Source of the DNA: Candidatus Bathyarchaeia archaeon
Lineage (GTDB): Archaea > Thermoproteota > CALKCG01 > B24
Direction of reading: 5' to 3'
Assembly (NCBI GenBank): GCA_038870975.1
Contig: JAVZJD010000001.1
Span: 800,001-864,000 of the forward strand
DNA length: 64,000 nucleotides
The translations under genes were made by a program, and so were the position numbers. Below are positions 47,642-57,554 of this stretch, one piece after another (within the stretch, counting starts at the first letter, position 1; every line of letters begins with the position of its first letter). Below the pieces are notes generated by a model that did no database searches, was not told the origin of the DNA, and saw only the letters and a list, made by a program, of their open reading frames with translations.

Positions 47642-48403
47642 TTGGACCGGGGTACCCCTAGCATATCTGAAATCGTCTCTACAACAATTCGAGAATTTAA
47701 TGAAACTTCTAACATGTTGAGAGACATGCGTATTAAACTGGAAAAGCTCAATCAATTGATTTCAAGCGGTCAAGTCAGCTCTCAAACAGCTGAATCCATA
47801 AGGAAAGACTACATATCTCAACTCATAGGGCTTCTAGACAAGTTTTTCAAGCTTAGATCAGAGCTGGAAGACTTAAGAGTTAGGTGTATAGTTGAAATGG
47901 AAAGGGCTAGGGTCAACGCTAGTGCAACGGGCTCTTCAGAGATAGTATCAAGACTTGAAGAACTTACGATAAGGATAGATGATGCCTTAGAAAGCCTAGA
48001 TATGGACGCCAGGCTCTTCATAGCTTCTCAGTACATCCAACACCTTAAAAGCCCAGATGTAGACCAAAGTACTTTAAAGGAGAAAAAGCTGGCATACCGT
48101 AGATTCGTCGACTCGATAATTGAAAGCTGGCTTGTAGATAAGGCAGATTTAGAATCGGAGCTATCCGATCTTGAAAGGGATGCTAACAATCTTAGGGAAC
48201 AGCTTAAAGAGCTGTGGGTTAGATTCATGGTCGGCGAGTATGACAGGGGGGAATATGATGCTAAGAGGGTTAGACTAGAGGAAGAACTTTCATCTATGAA
48301 TTCACGTATAACGGAACTTAGGAGTAGGTTGGATGCAATAGATGAGCGGATAATCGAGTTAACAAGCGTAATAGGAGCTGAGGAGGTTGAAGAAACCAGT
48401 TAA
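47642..48403 (+). CDS. CdvA-like coiled-coil protein
   Basis: All-helical heptad pattern with LNQLISSGQVSSQTAE and LWVRFMVGEYDRGEY turn motifs resembling the CdvA coiled-coil domain. Confidence 0.6.
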   Translation: MDRGTPSISEIVSTTIREFNETSNMLRDMRIKLEKLNQLISSGQVSSQTAESIRKDYISQLIGLLDKFFKLRSELEDLRVRCIVEMERARVNASATGSSEIVSRLEELTIRIDDALESLDMDARLFIASQYIQHLKSPDVDQSTLKEKKLAYRRFVDSIIESWLVDKADLESELSDLERDANNLREQLKELWVRFMVGEYDRGEYDAKRVRLEEELSSMNSRITELRSRLDAIDERIIELTSVIGAEEVEETS

Positions 48404-51086
48404 TATTTTAATAGGAATTTTACTTCTGTCGACGCTTCTACCTGCTGCTTCTATTCTCAGCTCGGTTTTAGCCGGGTCGGAAACCAATCCAATACGAGTA
48501 TATGTTGAAACGCCTTTAAAACTCAAGTATGTTTCTGAGCCTGTTGTTTTTTCCGCTAATTTCTCCTATGGTGAGGCTGGTTTAGGCTCTCTGAGGGTTT
48601 TGGATGAGAATGGTTTTGAAATACCATATCAGATACTTGAAGCCCAATACTATCCAAACACTCAATACTACAGCTACGCTAAAATCCTAATCCTAACAGA
48701 CGTCTCAAGCAGTATGAATAGAAGCTACACACTCAAATACACACCGCAAGCTACAATCACACCAGATTATACAGAAAAGTCAGACTTGAAAGTGTTCAAA
48801 GTAGTTGTTGGAAATGAAACGCACTTAATCATTAAAAACAGCTACGTTCAAGCTGTCTTCATAGAAGGCTCTCCACTCGGTCTTTACGCTCTCTACGACC
48901 TCTCCTCAGGCTTAAATGAATCTATAGTTCCACCCTCGTGGAGCTTTGCATCGCCATGTGTAATGGTAAACAACACATGGCTCACGCCGGCCGATATGAG
49001 TAAGACAAACGTGACTATCTCAATCAACGGCTCACTTTGCGTCGAAGTCCGTGTAAAAGGCTCTTATCCTGGTGTTTTAGTTGAGAGGGTTTTCAGGTTT
49101 TACGCTAAAAGCCGCTTCTTCGACTTTGAAACAATATTCACACCCATAGGAAGCCCAACGATCACAGCCATAAGCCCATTCAACACAATGTACCGAAGAG
49201 AACTATACCAGATACTGCTATTATCAGACGGCTCTATCCTACCGTTGGCTTCGACATCTTACGTCGGATCGTTTAAAGCTGGAAATTGGTCTGCAATTAC
49301 CGGATCACATGGAGGAATATGGATAGCAATCGAACCTAGAGAAATTTTAACGCGTCTCATAATGCAGACCGATATACCAGGCTACTATATGATGACTTAC
49401 CTCGCCGACTGTATGAAACTCATTGAGGGCCAAACTTTGGCCTTTAAAGGTAGAGCTACATTACTTCATGAGCATTTTGATCTAAAAATGCTGGAGAATG
49501 AGTTTCTGAGGTTTAGAACACCCCCTATTGTCAAAGTTAAAACCCCTATGGCTTTGATTAAAGCTCAAGGACCGAGTCAGACGCTCCTAGGCAACTTTTT
49601 CACGATAGACCTAGACGTTATTGGTTTAAAGGATTTAAACGATGTGCTTTTGAATGCTTCTTATGGTTCTGGTTTGGAGTGTTTTTCTAAGGCTGTCTAC
49701 CGTAGCTCTCTACCAGCCTATAGTATTTGGACTACTCGCTGGCTATTCAGAGCTAAAGCTGAAGGCATATACAACATAGAATTCACACTAACAACATGGA
49801 ATGAAACATACACACTAATATACCCTATGAAAGTATTTCTACCTATTATAGCACCGTCCGTCAACGTAACGTTCTTCGTCTCAGATTACGATGGTGAATC
49901 CATCCAAAGAAATATCATGCTTAAGCTTGTAAACCCGGCTGGTATAACACTAAATCTCCCTATAGGCTCCTCTGGTAACGTGTCGGTTAAGATTCAAATG
50001 GGTCGGTATGAATGGTACGCATACGATGGAAATCAGACGATAGGTAAAGGCGTGGTGGAGATTTTCAGACCTGAGAATATAACTCTGAGGACTTGGCTTT
50101 ACGATTTCAACGTCGTGGTTTTAAGCACCGATGGTAGTCCATTGGCAGGTGTTTTAGCGATTCTCAAATCTCTGACTATGAATACAACAAAGGAATACGT
50201 CCGTTTATCCGGTTCAACAGGCTTAATACGGTTCAGCGACATCATAAATGGATCTTACAATCTTAAAATACTCGGATGGCAAGGCGAATTAATTGAAAAT
50301 ACAACTGTAACCATTCAGAAGGATGAGTTATACCATAGGGTAGTAGCTGAAGCTTGGGTTGTTAAAGTCCGAGTTTTAGATACAGATAGAGCCCCGGTTT
50401 TCAATGCATCTGTTTACCTACTCGATGAGAACATGACTCAGATAAAGACAGTAGAGACAGATGAGAACGGCTATGCTCTTCTAGGTGGGTTGGTTAGAGG
50501 AAACTACAGTATTAGAGTTGAATACTCAGGTGTGGTGGTCGGCTATCAGTACTTTAAAGTACCTATTGAAGGTCAAATTTTAGAAGCACCCTGTCGCATA
50601 TGTAGACTAGAAGTCATTCCTGTCGATCCGTGGAATAATCCTCTGATAGGATCGGAAGTTACTATATCGTTTAGACCAACACCTTACACATATCAGACGT
50701 TCAGCGGGGTTTTCAAGGATCCTGAAAAGCCAATATCCCTTTTGTTGCCTGAAGGTTCTTCATGCACTATTAGGGCCTTGAGCGGCCTGTATGAAGGTTC
50801 TTCAGATATAGTCGTTAGAAGGTCTACTAGGCTTGTCTTAAACACATCTATAAGAATGTCAGCTGTATTCATGCCTGGGTTGACGGTCTTCTTCTGGATA
50901 TTCGTGGTGTATAGTTGGCGGAGGAGGATTAGAGTCTTCTCGGTTGAGGTTTTAAAATTGAAGAGCATGCTGTCTAAACTCGAGGAACTCTACCGTAGTG
51001 GTGAAGTAGATGCCCCACTCTACGGAAAACTTAAAAGAGAGTATGAGGATAGGTTACATAAGCTTCTCGAAGGTGGTTCATCTTGA
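48387..51086 (+). CDS. Large single-pass surface glycoprotein (beta-sandwich and carboxypeptidase-regulatory-like repeats) with cytoplasmic helical tail
   Basis: Signal peptide, many NxS/T sequons, repeats such as V.VLDTDRAPV.NASV..TDENGYA..G.Y.I, C-terminal TM then LEELYRSGEVDAPLYGKLKREY. Confidence 0.8.
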   Translation: MKKPVNILIGILLLSTLLPAASILSSVLAGSETNPIRVYVETPLKLKYVSEPVVFSANFSYGEAGLGSLRVLDENGFEIPYQILEAQYYPNTQYYSYAKILILTDVSSSMNRSYTLKYTPQATITPDYTEKSDLKVFKVVVGNETHLIIKNSYVQAVFIEGSPLGLYALYDLSSGLNESIVPPSWSFASPCVMVNNTWLTPADMSKTNVTISINGSLCVEVRVKGSYPGVLVERVFRFYAKSRFFDFETIFTPIGSPTITAISPFNTMYRRELYQILLLSDGSILPLASTSYVGSFKAGNWSAITGSHGGIWIAIEPREILTRLIMQTDIPGYYMMTYLADCMKLIEGQTLAFKGRATLLHEHFDLKMLENEFLRFRTPPIVKVKTPMALIKAQGPSQTLLGNFFTIDLDVIGLKDLNDVLLNASYGSGLECFSKAVYRSSLPAYSIWTTRWLFRAKAEGIYNIEFTLTTWNETYTLIYPMKVFLPIIAPSVNVTFFVSDYDGESIQRNIMLKLVNPAGITLNLPIGSSGNVSVKIQMGRYEWYAYDGNQTIGKGVVEIFRPENITLRTWLYDFNVVVLSTDGSPLAGVLAILKSLTMNTTKEYVRLSGSTGLIRFSDIINGSYNLKILGWQGELIENTTVTIQKDELYHRVVAEAWVVKVRVLDTDRAPVFNASVYLLDENMTQIKTVETDENGYALLGGLVRGNYSIRVEYSGVVVGYQYFKVPIEGQILEAPCRICRLEVIPVDPWNNPLIGSEVTISFRPTPYTYQTFSGVFKDPEKPISLLLPEGSSCTIRALSGLYEGSSDIVVRRSTRLVLNTSIRMSAVFMPGLTVFFWIFVVYSWRRRIRVFSVEVLKLKSMLSKLEELYRSGEVDAPLYGKLKREYEDRLHKLLEGGSS

Positions 51087-54000
51087 AAATGGTGAAAAAC
51101 GCTATTTTTCTACTTCTCCTTTTAACTCTTACACAGGTCTACGGATTTAATCTACCCGTGAAAGCCCAACAAACATCTGCAACGTCAACACCATATGTTA
51201 AATATACTTTAATAACATATTTCATGGACTATTTAACAAACTCTCCAGAGCCACGTTTAAACGTCACTTTGGTTTTAAACGGTTATACTGTAAAAGGTTT
51301 AACTGACGACTTCGGCTCTTTAAAATCCTCTTTTAATGCTTCGAGAGATTTAGCCAACGTTATTCTATTGAATAGTCTATCAGTATATGGTAATTTTACA
51401 GTCGTAAAAATTCAAGACTACATGATGGAATACTTAAGATACGATGTTACATACTCAAGAAACACAATAACCTACAGCGGTTTAGAAGTAAGGCCGACAA
51501 TAGTGACTGCAGAGAAGGAAATACTACTGTACTACTACATATACACGTTGAAGAGTAGATTCGTCAATGTAAGCGATTTAGACGTTTCAACGATGGAAAT
51601 TCTACCAAACGGTGAAGTGCAATTCAGAAGGGATAAAATGGTTTTAGACGCTAGACCAGCCGTACCCGTAAATAGACAGTTGAGTAGATATGAAAGCCTA
51701 TACCTATTCCCAATAAACTACACGGTCACAGTCAGAGTGAGAATCTTCAGGTTCAGGTTCTTACCTGAAACGTATCCAGTTAAAGTATTCGTTACTGAAA
51801 ACACATCCTACGTTAACGTTATGGGTCCGGTTTTACACTTCAGAATAAACGAGACAATATCACCTCTGATAGAGAGGATAGATACTCTGAAAACCCTAGG
51901 ACTTCCAATGGTAGATGAGGAAAGGCTTGTTACAAAAATAGTCAATCAGAACACCAACATACTTCAGCTGATTGAAAATCGGAGTTACGATTCAGCGTTA
52001 ACTCAACTGAGATTCCTAGCTAAAAAGATATCAAATCTCCAATCCAATCTGTCAAATCTCAATGCGTCTTTAATGTTATCATGTGTAATAGTTATAGCAT
52101 TCATATACGCATTTTCATCACTTACTTCCACTTTAATAACGGACGACGCGAGGAAGAAATTCTTGTTGAAATTCATACTATATTTCACGCTGTTCTTCAT
52201 CTTCCTTGTATCCCATAATGAATTTAAAATAGCATTATCAATACTTTCATCCAACTTCCTACTTACAGATATTAAATATTTAGACAATTTCACAGTCCTA
52301 GTTATAGGTTCAACCCTCGGCAGTCTAGGTATTCTAATACCAACATTAATATCTCTATATTCTCCACCAATCATAAGTTTAAGCCTAGATCTAAGCATAA
52401 GAGACGTAAAAAGACATCTGACAAGATCAATCCTAACAATCATAGCATTCTCTCTCATAATTGCATCAGTCTTAGCAGTATTCAAAATATCCTACAGTCA
52501 CATTTTAACTGAGAAAACAATTCAGACGTCCTTCAAAACAGACGTAATAGGTCTACAGTCAACTCAGGAAAATATAATAGTTAAAAACGATTTAATCTTC
52601 ATAAAATCCATGGAATGGGTAAATACAACATACTACGTTAAATCACTCTATGATACTATTACAATAGGTCCATTGTCAGGGTTCACTGCTATAAGATTGG
52701 TTTCCCCGAGCTCTGGACTCCTAGATCAGAGGCTTGACATAATTGGTGTGGACCCTGTTTTCCTAAACGACTACTTCAAGTTCTCTCTAAATATTGTAAG
52801 AGGTAGCTATATTTCTGGGAATGAAAGTGCAATTCTAGTGCCTTCTTCATTAAGCAACTCTTTAAGGCTCTCTGAAAAAGTCCGTGTTAGATTCGTAATA
52901 GTGAGTAATATTGCCAATAACTTGGTAGACGTCGCCGAGTACGACTTAGGCGACTTCATAGTTAAAGGCTTCTTCAATCCAGACTCCGTTGAAGAAGTTA
53001 AACTTCCAGACGGTTCTCCGCTGATAGAGTATCCATATAGGACGATAATAGTCTCTGAGTCTCTCCTTCCAGACTCTATTGACGCCCGTAGGTTGAGAAT
53101 AACAGTACCTAGGCTCTCGCTGGGGATTTCGCAAAGTGAGCCCTATTATATAGATATTTTCAAAGTTAAGCATGCTTTTATAGTTCCAGAACCAAAATTC
53201 CACGTGGACGTCTATGAAAAGGCTAGAGAACTTCTAGACCTTACAGGATGTAGAGTCTTCGCGTATTCAAATGGGGTATGTAAGACATTTGAAGAACTCT
53301 ACATTCTGAACATAGTCGGCTTTTCATCGATTATTCCACCTATTCTCATAGTGACTTCAATAATAGTTCTAACCATGAACTCTATAATCTACGAGAGGCG
53401 TAGGGAAATATGGACTCTAGCTGTTGTAGGAGGTAATCCACGTTCTATAACAAATATGTTTCTAATGGAAGCCCTCATAACAGGACTCCTATCTACAGCG
53501 ATAGGATATTTATTCTACACTGGCTTCTACTTGACGTCTGGCGTTCTCGCCCCGTTGGTAAGTAACTGGTACCCTGAATTATTCAACATATTTACTGAGA
53601 TGAAAATGGCTTCAGGCTTTGAGCTGACGTCTATTTTAGTAATAGTGCTCGTAGGATTAGGTGTCCCACTACTTGGAAGCTATATTCCATGCGTTAAAGC
53701 TCAAGGGCTAACCCTGCTTGGTAGAAGCCCTAGACGAAACATAGGTGCCGACGTGCGTAGACGTGGCGACACGGCTGAGTATGTGCTTCCAGTTAGAGCC
53801 ACACCGTTAGACGGTGAAGCACTATACACATATTTAAAGGACAACTTCTTCACACGTGCCTTCCAAGTTAGAAAGCTCTCTGGAAACGCCTACCAAGATG
53901 GGACATTCGACTTCAAATTCACATTCCAGTTTAGAAACGTGCTCACAGAATGTGTACTCAGAGGTGTTAGAAGAGGAGATACCATATATCCAATCTTGGA

Positions 54001-54700
54001 ATTCCCAGCCGAATATTCTGATGCCATGGACCTTCACAAGTTCATATATGAGCTTGAGAAGACTACGCTTAACTATCCGTCGTGGAGGGAGAGACGTATA
54101 AGATTAGACATAGTCAGAGTTCAGCCTGTGACCAGAGTCAGAACCGTAGATGACGTTCTAAGAGACGTTAAAGTCATAAGAGAGCAGTTGCACGTAGTTA
54201 CAAGTAAGCTTAAGACCATAGAGAAGCTTAAGGCTACAACCCCATCTGAGCTTTTAGCAGAGTACGAGGCTAAATATGCTGCTCAAGCCGATAGACTCAA
54301 TAAGGCTATAAAGCGGCTTGGATTGGAACTTGAACCGTTGTATGAACAGCTCAACAGTGAAGTTCAAAAACTTAATACAGAAATCGAAAAGCTCAACATA
54401 GCTTATAAACTAGGAGAAATGTCTGAGGAAGATTATAAGACTTCATCGGAGCCTCTGAAGACTAGGCTTAACGAGCTTACGAGAAAGCTTGAAGATATAC
54501 GCTTCGTATTAACCCAGCTTAAAATGCCTAAAGTCACAATGCCAAGTATTAGAGCACCTGCGGCTAGAAGAGCTGCAAGACGTAAGCCAGCTGAAGAAGC
54601 ACCGGGCCTCATGTACTGTCCATACTGTGGAAGTACAAACCTCACTAAAACGCCGAGCGGTTCAATAGTATGCGGTAGATGCCGTAGAAAACTCCGTTAA
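51083..54700 (+). CDS. Giant FtsX/MacB-like permease with C-terminal CdvA-like coiled coil and Zn ribbon
   Basis: RDVKRHLTRSILT TM motif, MacB-like extracytoplasmic core (IIGVDP..RGSYI), ERRREIWTLAVVGG coupling motif, coiled coil, CPYC..CGRC. Confidence 0.8.
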   Translation: MKMVKNAIFLLLLLTLTQVYGFNLPVKAQQTSATSTPYVKYTLITYFMDYLTNSPEPRLNVTLVLNGYTVKGLTDDFGSLKSSFNASRDLANVILLNSLSVYGNFTVVKIQDYMMEYLRYDVTYSRNTITYSGLEVRPTIVTAEKEILLYYYIYTLKSRFVNVSDLDVSTMEILPNGEVQFRRDKMVLDARPAVPVNRQLSRYESLYLFPINYTVTVRVRIFRFRFLPETYPVKVFVTENTSYVNVMGPVLHFRINETISPLIERIDTLKTLGLPMVDEERLVTKIVNQNTNILQLIENRSYDSALTQLRFLAKKISNLQSNLSNLNASLMLSCVIVIAFIYAFSSLTSTLITDDARKKFLLKFILYFTLFFIFLVSHNEFKIALSILSSNFLLTDIKYLDNFTVLVIGSTLGSLGILIPTLISLYSPPIISLSLDLSIRDVKRHLTRSILTIIAFSLIIASVLAVFKISYSHILTEKTIQTSFKTDVIGLQSTQENIIVKNDLIFIKSMEWVNTTYYVKSLYDTITIGPLSGFTAIRLVSPSSGLLDQRLDIIGVDPVFLNDYFKFSLNIVRGSYISGNESAILVPSSLSNSLRLSEKVRVRFVIVSNIANNLVDVAEYDLGDFIVKGFFNPDSVEEVKLPDGSPLIEYPYRTIIVSESLLPDSIDARRLRITVPRLSLGISQSEPYYIDIFKVKHAFIVPEPKFHVDVYEKARELLDLTGCRVFAYSNGVCKTFEELYILNIVGFSSIIPPILIVTSIIVLTMNSIIYERRREIWTLAVVGGNPRSITNMFLMEALITGLLSTAIGYLFYTGFYLTSGVLAPLVSNWYPELFNIFTEMKMASGFELTSILVIVLVGLGVPLLGSYIPCVKAQGLTLLGRSPRRNIGADVRRRGDTAEYVLPVRATPLDGEALYTYLKDNFFTRAFQVRKLSGNAYQDGTFDFKFTFQFRNVLTECVLRGVRRGDTIYPILEFPAEYSDAMDLHKFIYELEKTTLNYPSWRERRIRLDIVRVQPVTRVRTVDDVLRDVKVIREQLHVVTSKLKTIEKLKATTPSELLAEYEAKYAAQADRLNKAIKRLGLELEPLYEQLNSEVQKLNTEIEKLNIAYKLGEMSEEDYKTSSEPLKTRLNELTRKLEDIRFVLTQLKMPKVTMPSIRAPAARRAARRKPAEEAPGLMYCPYCGSTNLTKTPSGSIVCGRCRRKLR

Positions 54701-54704
54701 ACCA

Positions 54705-55268
54705 TCACGTTATTTTAACTCTGGTGGCTAAACCCCTCTTCTCCAATATTTCAGCATTTTCTTCAGGTATATACGCTATATCCTCAGGTTTAAACGGTCC
54801 ATATGTCTTTAAATCTACCCCAACTATAGCTGGGCTTTCCTTTAAAAACCTAACCAGTACGATTCTATTTTTCAAATCTTGAATAGATATTTTAGGCTCT
54901 CTACCGTTTAAAATGTCCTCGAGAGCCTTATCGCTCTCTTCCTTGAAGCGTTTTAAATACCTTACGAGTATATCCTCTTCGTCTGTTAGACTAGACCTAT
55001 CCAATTCCTGGTTTTTAACTACTTTAGAAATAATCTTATCAAACCTTAACCTGTACAGTCTCGTAAAGAGGCTGGAAGCATTTTCCAATTCACCTTTCAA
55101 CAGTTCAGCAGATATACTATCCAAGTCAACTATCCTAAGATTTTCAACCAACTGTCTAAAGTATATGCTCGTCCTCCTATAGAAGTCTCTGGGAAGCGGC
55201 TGTAGACTTTCACTGGTCCTCTCCATCCTCCAAGCGCTGAGAATTTCGTCGTACATTTTCCCCCTCAA
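54705..55268 (-). CDS. GINS complex subunit (Gins15/Gins51)
   Basis: LQPLPRDFY, LRFDKI, LTDEE, PAIVGVDLKTYGPF; downstream of priS. Confidence 0.9.
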   Translation of the reverse strand: MRGKMYDEILSAWRMERTSESLQPLPRDFYRRTSIYFRQLVENLRIVDLDSISAELLKGELENASSLFTRLYRLRFDKIISKVVKNQELDRSSLTDEEDILVRYLKRFKEESDKALEDILNGREPKISIQDLKNRIVLVRFLKESPAIVGVDLKTYGPFKPEDIAYIPEENAEILEKRGLATRVKIT

Positions 55269-56500
55269 ATTACGTAAGCTAAACCTTTACATACTAATAA
55301 AACTGCAGCTGAAATAGGGAGCTCTATATCTACCTCGCTATATGGACCGAAGGTAGATTCTCCAACTCTAAACTCCGGGCTTTCGTAAACGTGAACTTTC
55401 ACTTCACCTTTTTTAAAAGTCACCGCTTCTTTAAGAGGGTCGAAGCTTTCAAGGTCTCTCAACACTTTAACTTTTCTTAAGCCCGTTTTACTATGTAGCG
55501 TCCCCTCCAACCTTATAAGTCTATGGACATCGGCTGTAACAACTGTGTCTATTAAGACTCCGCTTTTCCTAGCGGCTTCTAAAAATATAGCCTCCCATGT
55601 TCTACTATCGACTCCAACCATTTGGTTAAACTTCCCCCTCCACCACAGCTCGACTATCTTCTCCTTATTCTCAACTATGCTTGAAGCGACTTTATCTTTA
55701 ACCCCGATTCTCAAAAGGTCTTCTAACCCATAATTGAGCACTATATCATACCCGTTCTTCATGAGTCTTTCAGCCCAAGTTGAAAATTTTAAAGCCTTAG
55801 CTAGTTCTTCATCGCTCGTCAAACTCCCTAGACCATGAACCAGCGGATCTATCCCAAGTCCAGTGATGTAATCTACTATTTCTCTTCTAGCATCTTGATC
55901 CAATACTTTAAATTCTTCGCTCTCAACGTGTACATGATACCCCCTGTGTCCGGAGAAGTATAAGGAAATCTCCTGGTCGGTTAACCCGAAGTCTGAGTAG
56001 AGAAACTCTAAAAGTTTAATCGTCTCTGTTTTAGCTGCTTCAAGACATTCAGAGCAAAACCAAGCTCTTTCATCAATCCTCTTTGAGCCACACTTAGGGC
56101 AGTTTTCCGGAGCTGAACCGTTTCCGTTTTCACCACAATCCAAACACCTCCATCTATCATGCCTCCTCTTACAAGAAGTCTGTATATGGTCGGCGTCTAT
56201 GTCGAACACTAGATCTGCTCCAAGCCACCCTTTCCCCTCCATGTTTGGAGCGGAGGGGTTTAAATAGTATGCAGTTGAACGGTAACAATCTGCTGGCACT
56301 TTTTCGCATAAGAATTTTACGAGGTCTCTCCAATCTTCGAAGCTTAAATGTCTAATCATTGTACGTGTTTCCAACGTTAAAAATCCAAATTCTCTATACT
56401 TTATGGAGGTTACCTTTTCAAATACTGCCTCCTGCTCATAAAACCTCTTGAATAGGTTTCTCAGAAACCTCAGGTTTCTCTCCCTCTCCAATTCTTCCAA
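55265..56500 (-). CDS. priS: DNA primase small subunit
   Basis: REFGF, DLVFDIDAD, FSGHRGYH, RLIR..GTLH.KTG; probable TTG start at 56500 or 56491 after AGGAGGA. Confidence 0.93.
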   Translation of the reverse strand: MEELERERNLRFLRNLFKRFYEQEAVFEKVTSIKYREFGFLTLETRTMIRHLSFEDWRDLVKFLCEKVPADCYRSTAYYLNPSAPNMEGKGWLGADLVFDIDADHIQTSCKRRHDRWRCLDCGENGNGSAPENCPKCGSKRIDERAWFCSECLEAAKTETIKLLEFLYSDFGLTDQEISLYFSGHRGYHVHVESEEFKVLDQDARREIVDYITGLGIDPLVHGLGSLTSDEELAKALKFSTWAERLMKNGYDIVLNYGLEDLLRIGVKDKVASSIVENKEKIVELWWRGKFNQMVGVDSRTWEAIFLEAARKSGVLIDTVVTADVHRLIRLEGTLHSKTGLRKVKVLRDLESFDPLKEAVTFKKGEVKVHVYESPEFRVGESTFGPYSEVDIELPISAAVLLVCKGLAYVI

Positions 56501-57530
56501 TCCTCCTAATAGCTCTCCTATAGTAGGAGAGCGGGTGTTTAACCCCTCTACAGAACCTCCCCCCTTCGACACATAAACCGTGTGTCTTAAGGGTTTCACA
56601 CTTAGGAGGCGTATACTTTGTTCTAGACCCCCTTAAACCAGCTATGTGCTCGACTTGATAACGTGTTATCCTTTCATTGGCATCTGGGAGTTTAGTAAAC
56701 AGCTTAACGATATCTTCTGTGTCGACTCCAATATTGAGAAGGAAGCTTGTTATGGCAAATCTAGCGGTGTGCGGTAGGTGTTGTCCGTTGATCAGTGCTT
56801 GGTAAAACGCTCCAATACATGGTGGGAAGGCTTCTAAGATGATCTTACCCTTATACTCTTCTAATTCCTCTACTTTAGGCCTCTTCTCAGATATGAGAAG
56901 TCTGATCTCCTCAACTATCTTCCCAAGTCTACCAGGTAATTCTCTATCAAATCTATCTTCAAGCTCATCTTCAATCATGTTTTTAATTCCTTCAGCTATG
57001 AGCCTAGTGAATTCCCCCCGCGTCAAATACACGTAGCCGTCTTTTACAGGCTTGTTTATGAGCTTCCAGCTTCTATCCCTGAATATTGGAGCGATTTGAA
57101 GGTAGTTTTTAACGCTTAAAGCGTAGTCGTAAGGTGCTCTTTGCCTTATGGGTTCAGCCTTCCACATGAGTACTTCATTGGCTATTTTGAGGAAAATCGT
57201 CTGACTCTTCTCTTTTTGAAGGATTTTTACGAGTCTTTTTGCCTCGGCTGAAGCATACCTCTGGCTTAGAAATGTGTCTCCGACAGCCTTAACTATGGCA
57301 AGTGCCAATGGAAAAGATAGAAGTTCAACATCTACATTGCTCTTAAAACTTATTTCTTCTCTATCTAAAGCTTCTCGAATTCTCTCCGCCGCTCTATTGA
57401 CGATTTCTTCAAACTCTGGCTTTTCAAAATCTGCTAGGAGAATATCTCCAGCTCCAGTTTTAACCTTGAAGTATTCACTCGCCTCAGGTATAAAGGGGTA
57501 CTTTGCTAGGGTCTCTATAGATTCTTCCAT
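56436..57530 (-). CDS. priL: DNA primase large subunit
   Basis: AKYPF, FPPC, H.ARF, YQVEHIAG, PPKC..C..C Fe-S motif. Confidence 0.93.
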   Translation of the reverse strand: MEESIETLAKYPFIPEASEYFKVKTGAGDILLADFEKPEFEEIVNRAAERIREALDREEISFKSNVDVELLSFPLALAIVKAVGDTFLSQRYASAEAKRLVKILQKEKSQTIFLKIANEVLMWKAEPIRQRAPYDYALSVKNYLQIAPIFRDRSWKLINKPVKDGYVYLTRGEFTRLIAEGIKNMIEDELEDRFDRELPGRLGKIVEEIRLLISEKRPKVEELEEYKGKIILEAFPPCIGAFYQALINGQHLPHTARFAITSFLLNIGVDTEDIVKLFTKLPDANERITRYQVEHIAGLRGSRTKYTPPKCETLKTHGLCVEGGRFCRGVKHPLSYYRRAIRRIGRIGEGEKPEVSEKPIQEVL

Positions 57531-57554
57531 GAAATCCCTTTTAACACCGCAATT

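Noticed and set aside
47408-54704. CdvA-like operon as an island integrated at tRNA-Pro
   Set aside because: No duplicated tRNA 3' end or integrase was seen; adjacency alone is insufficient
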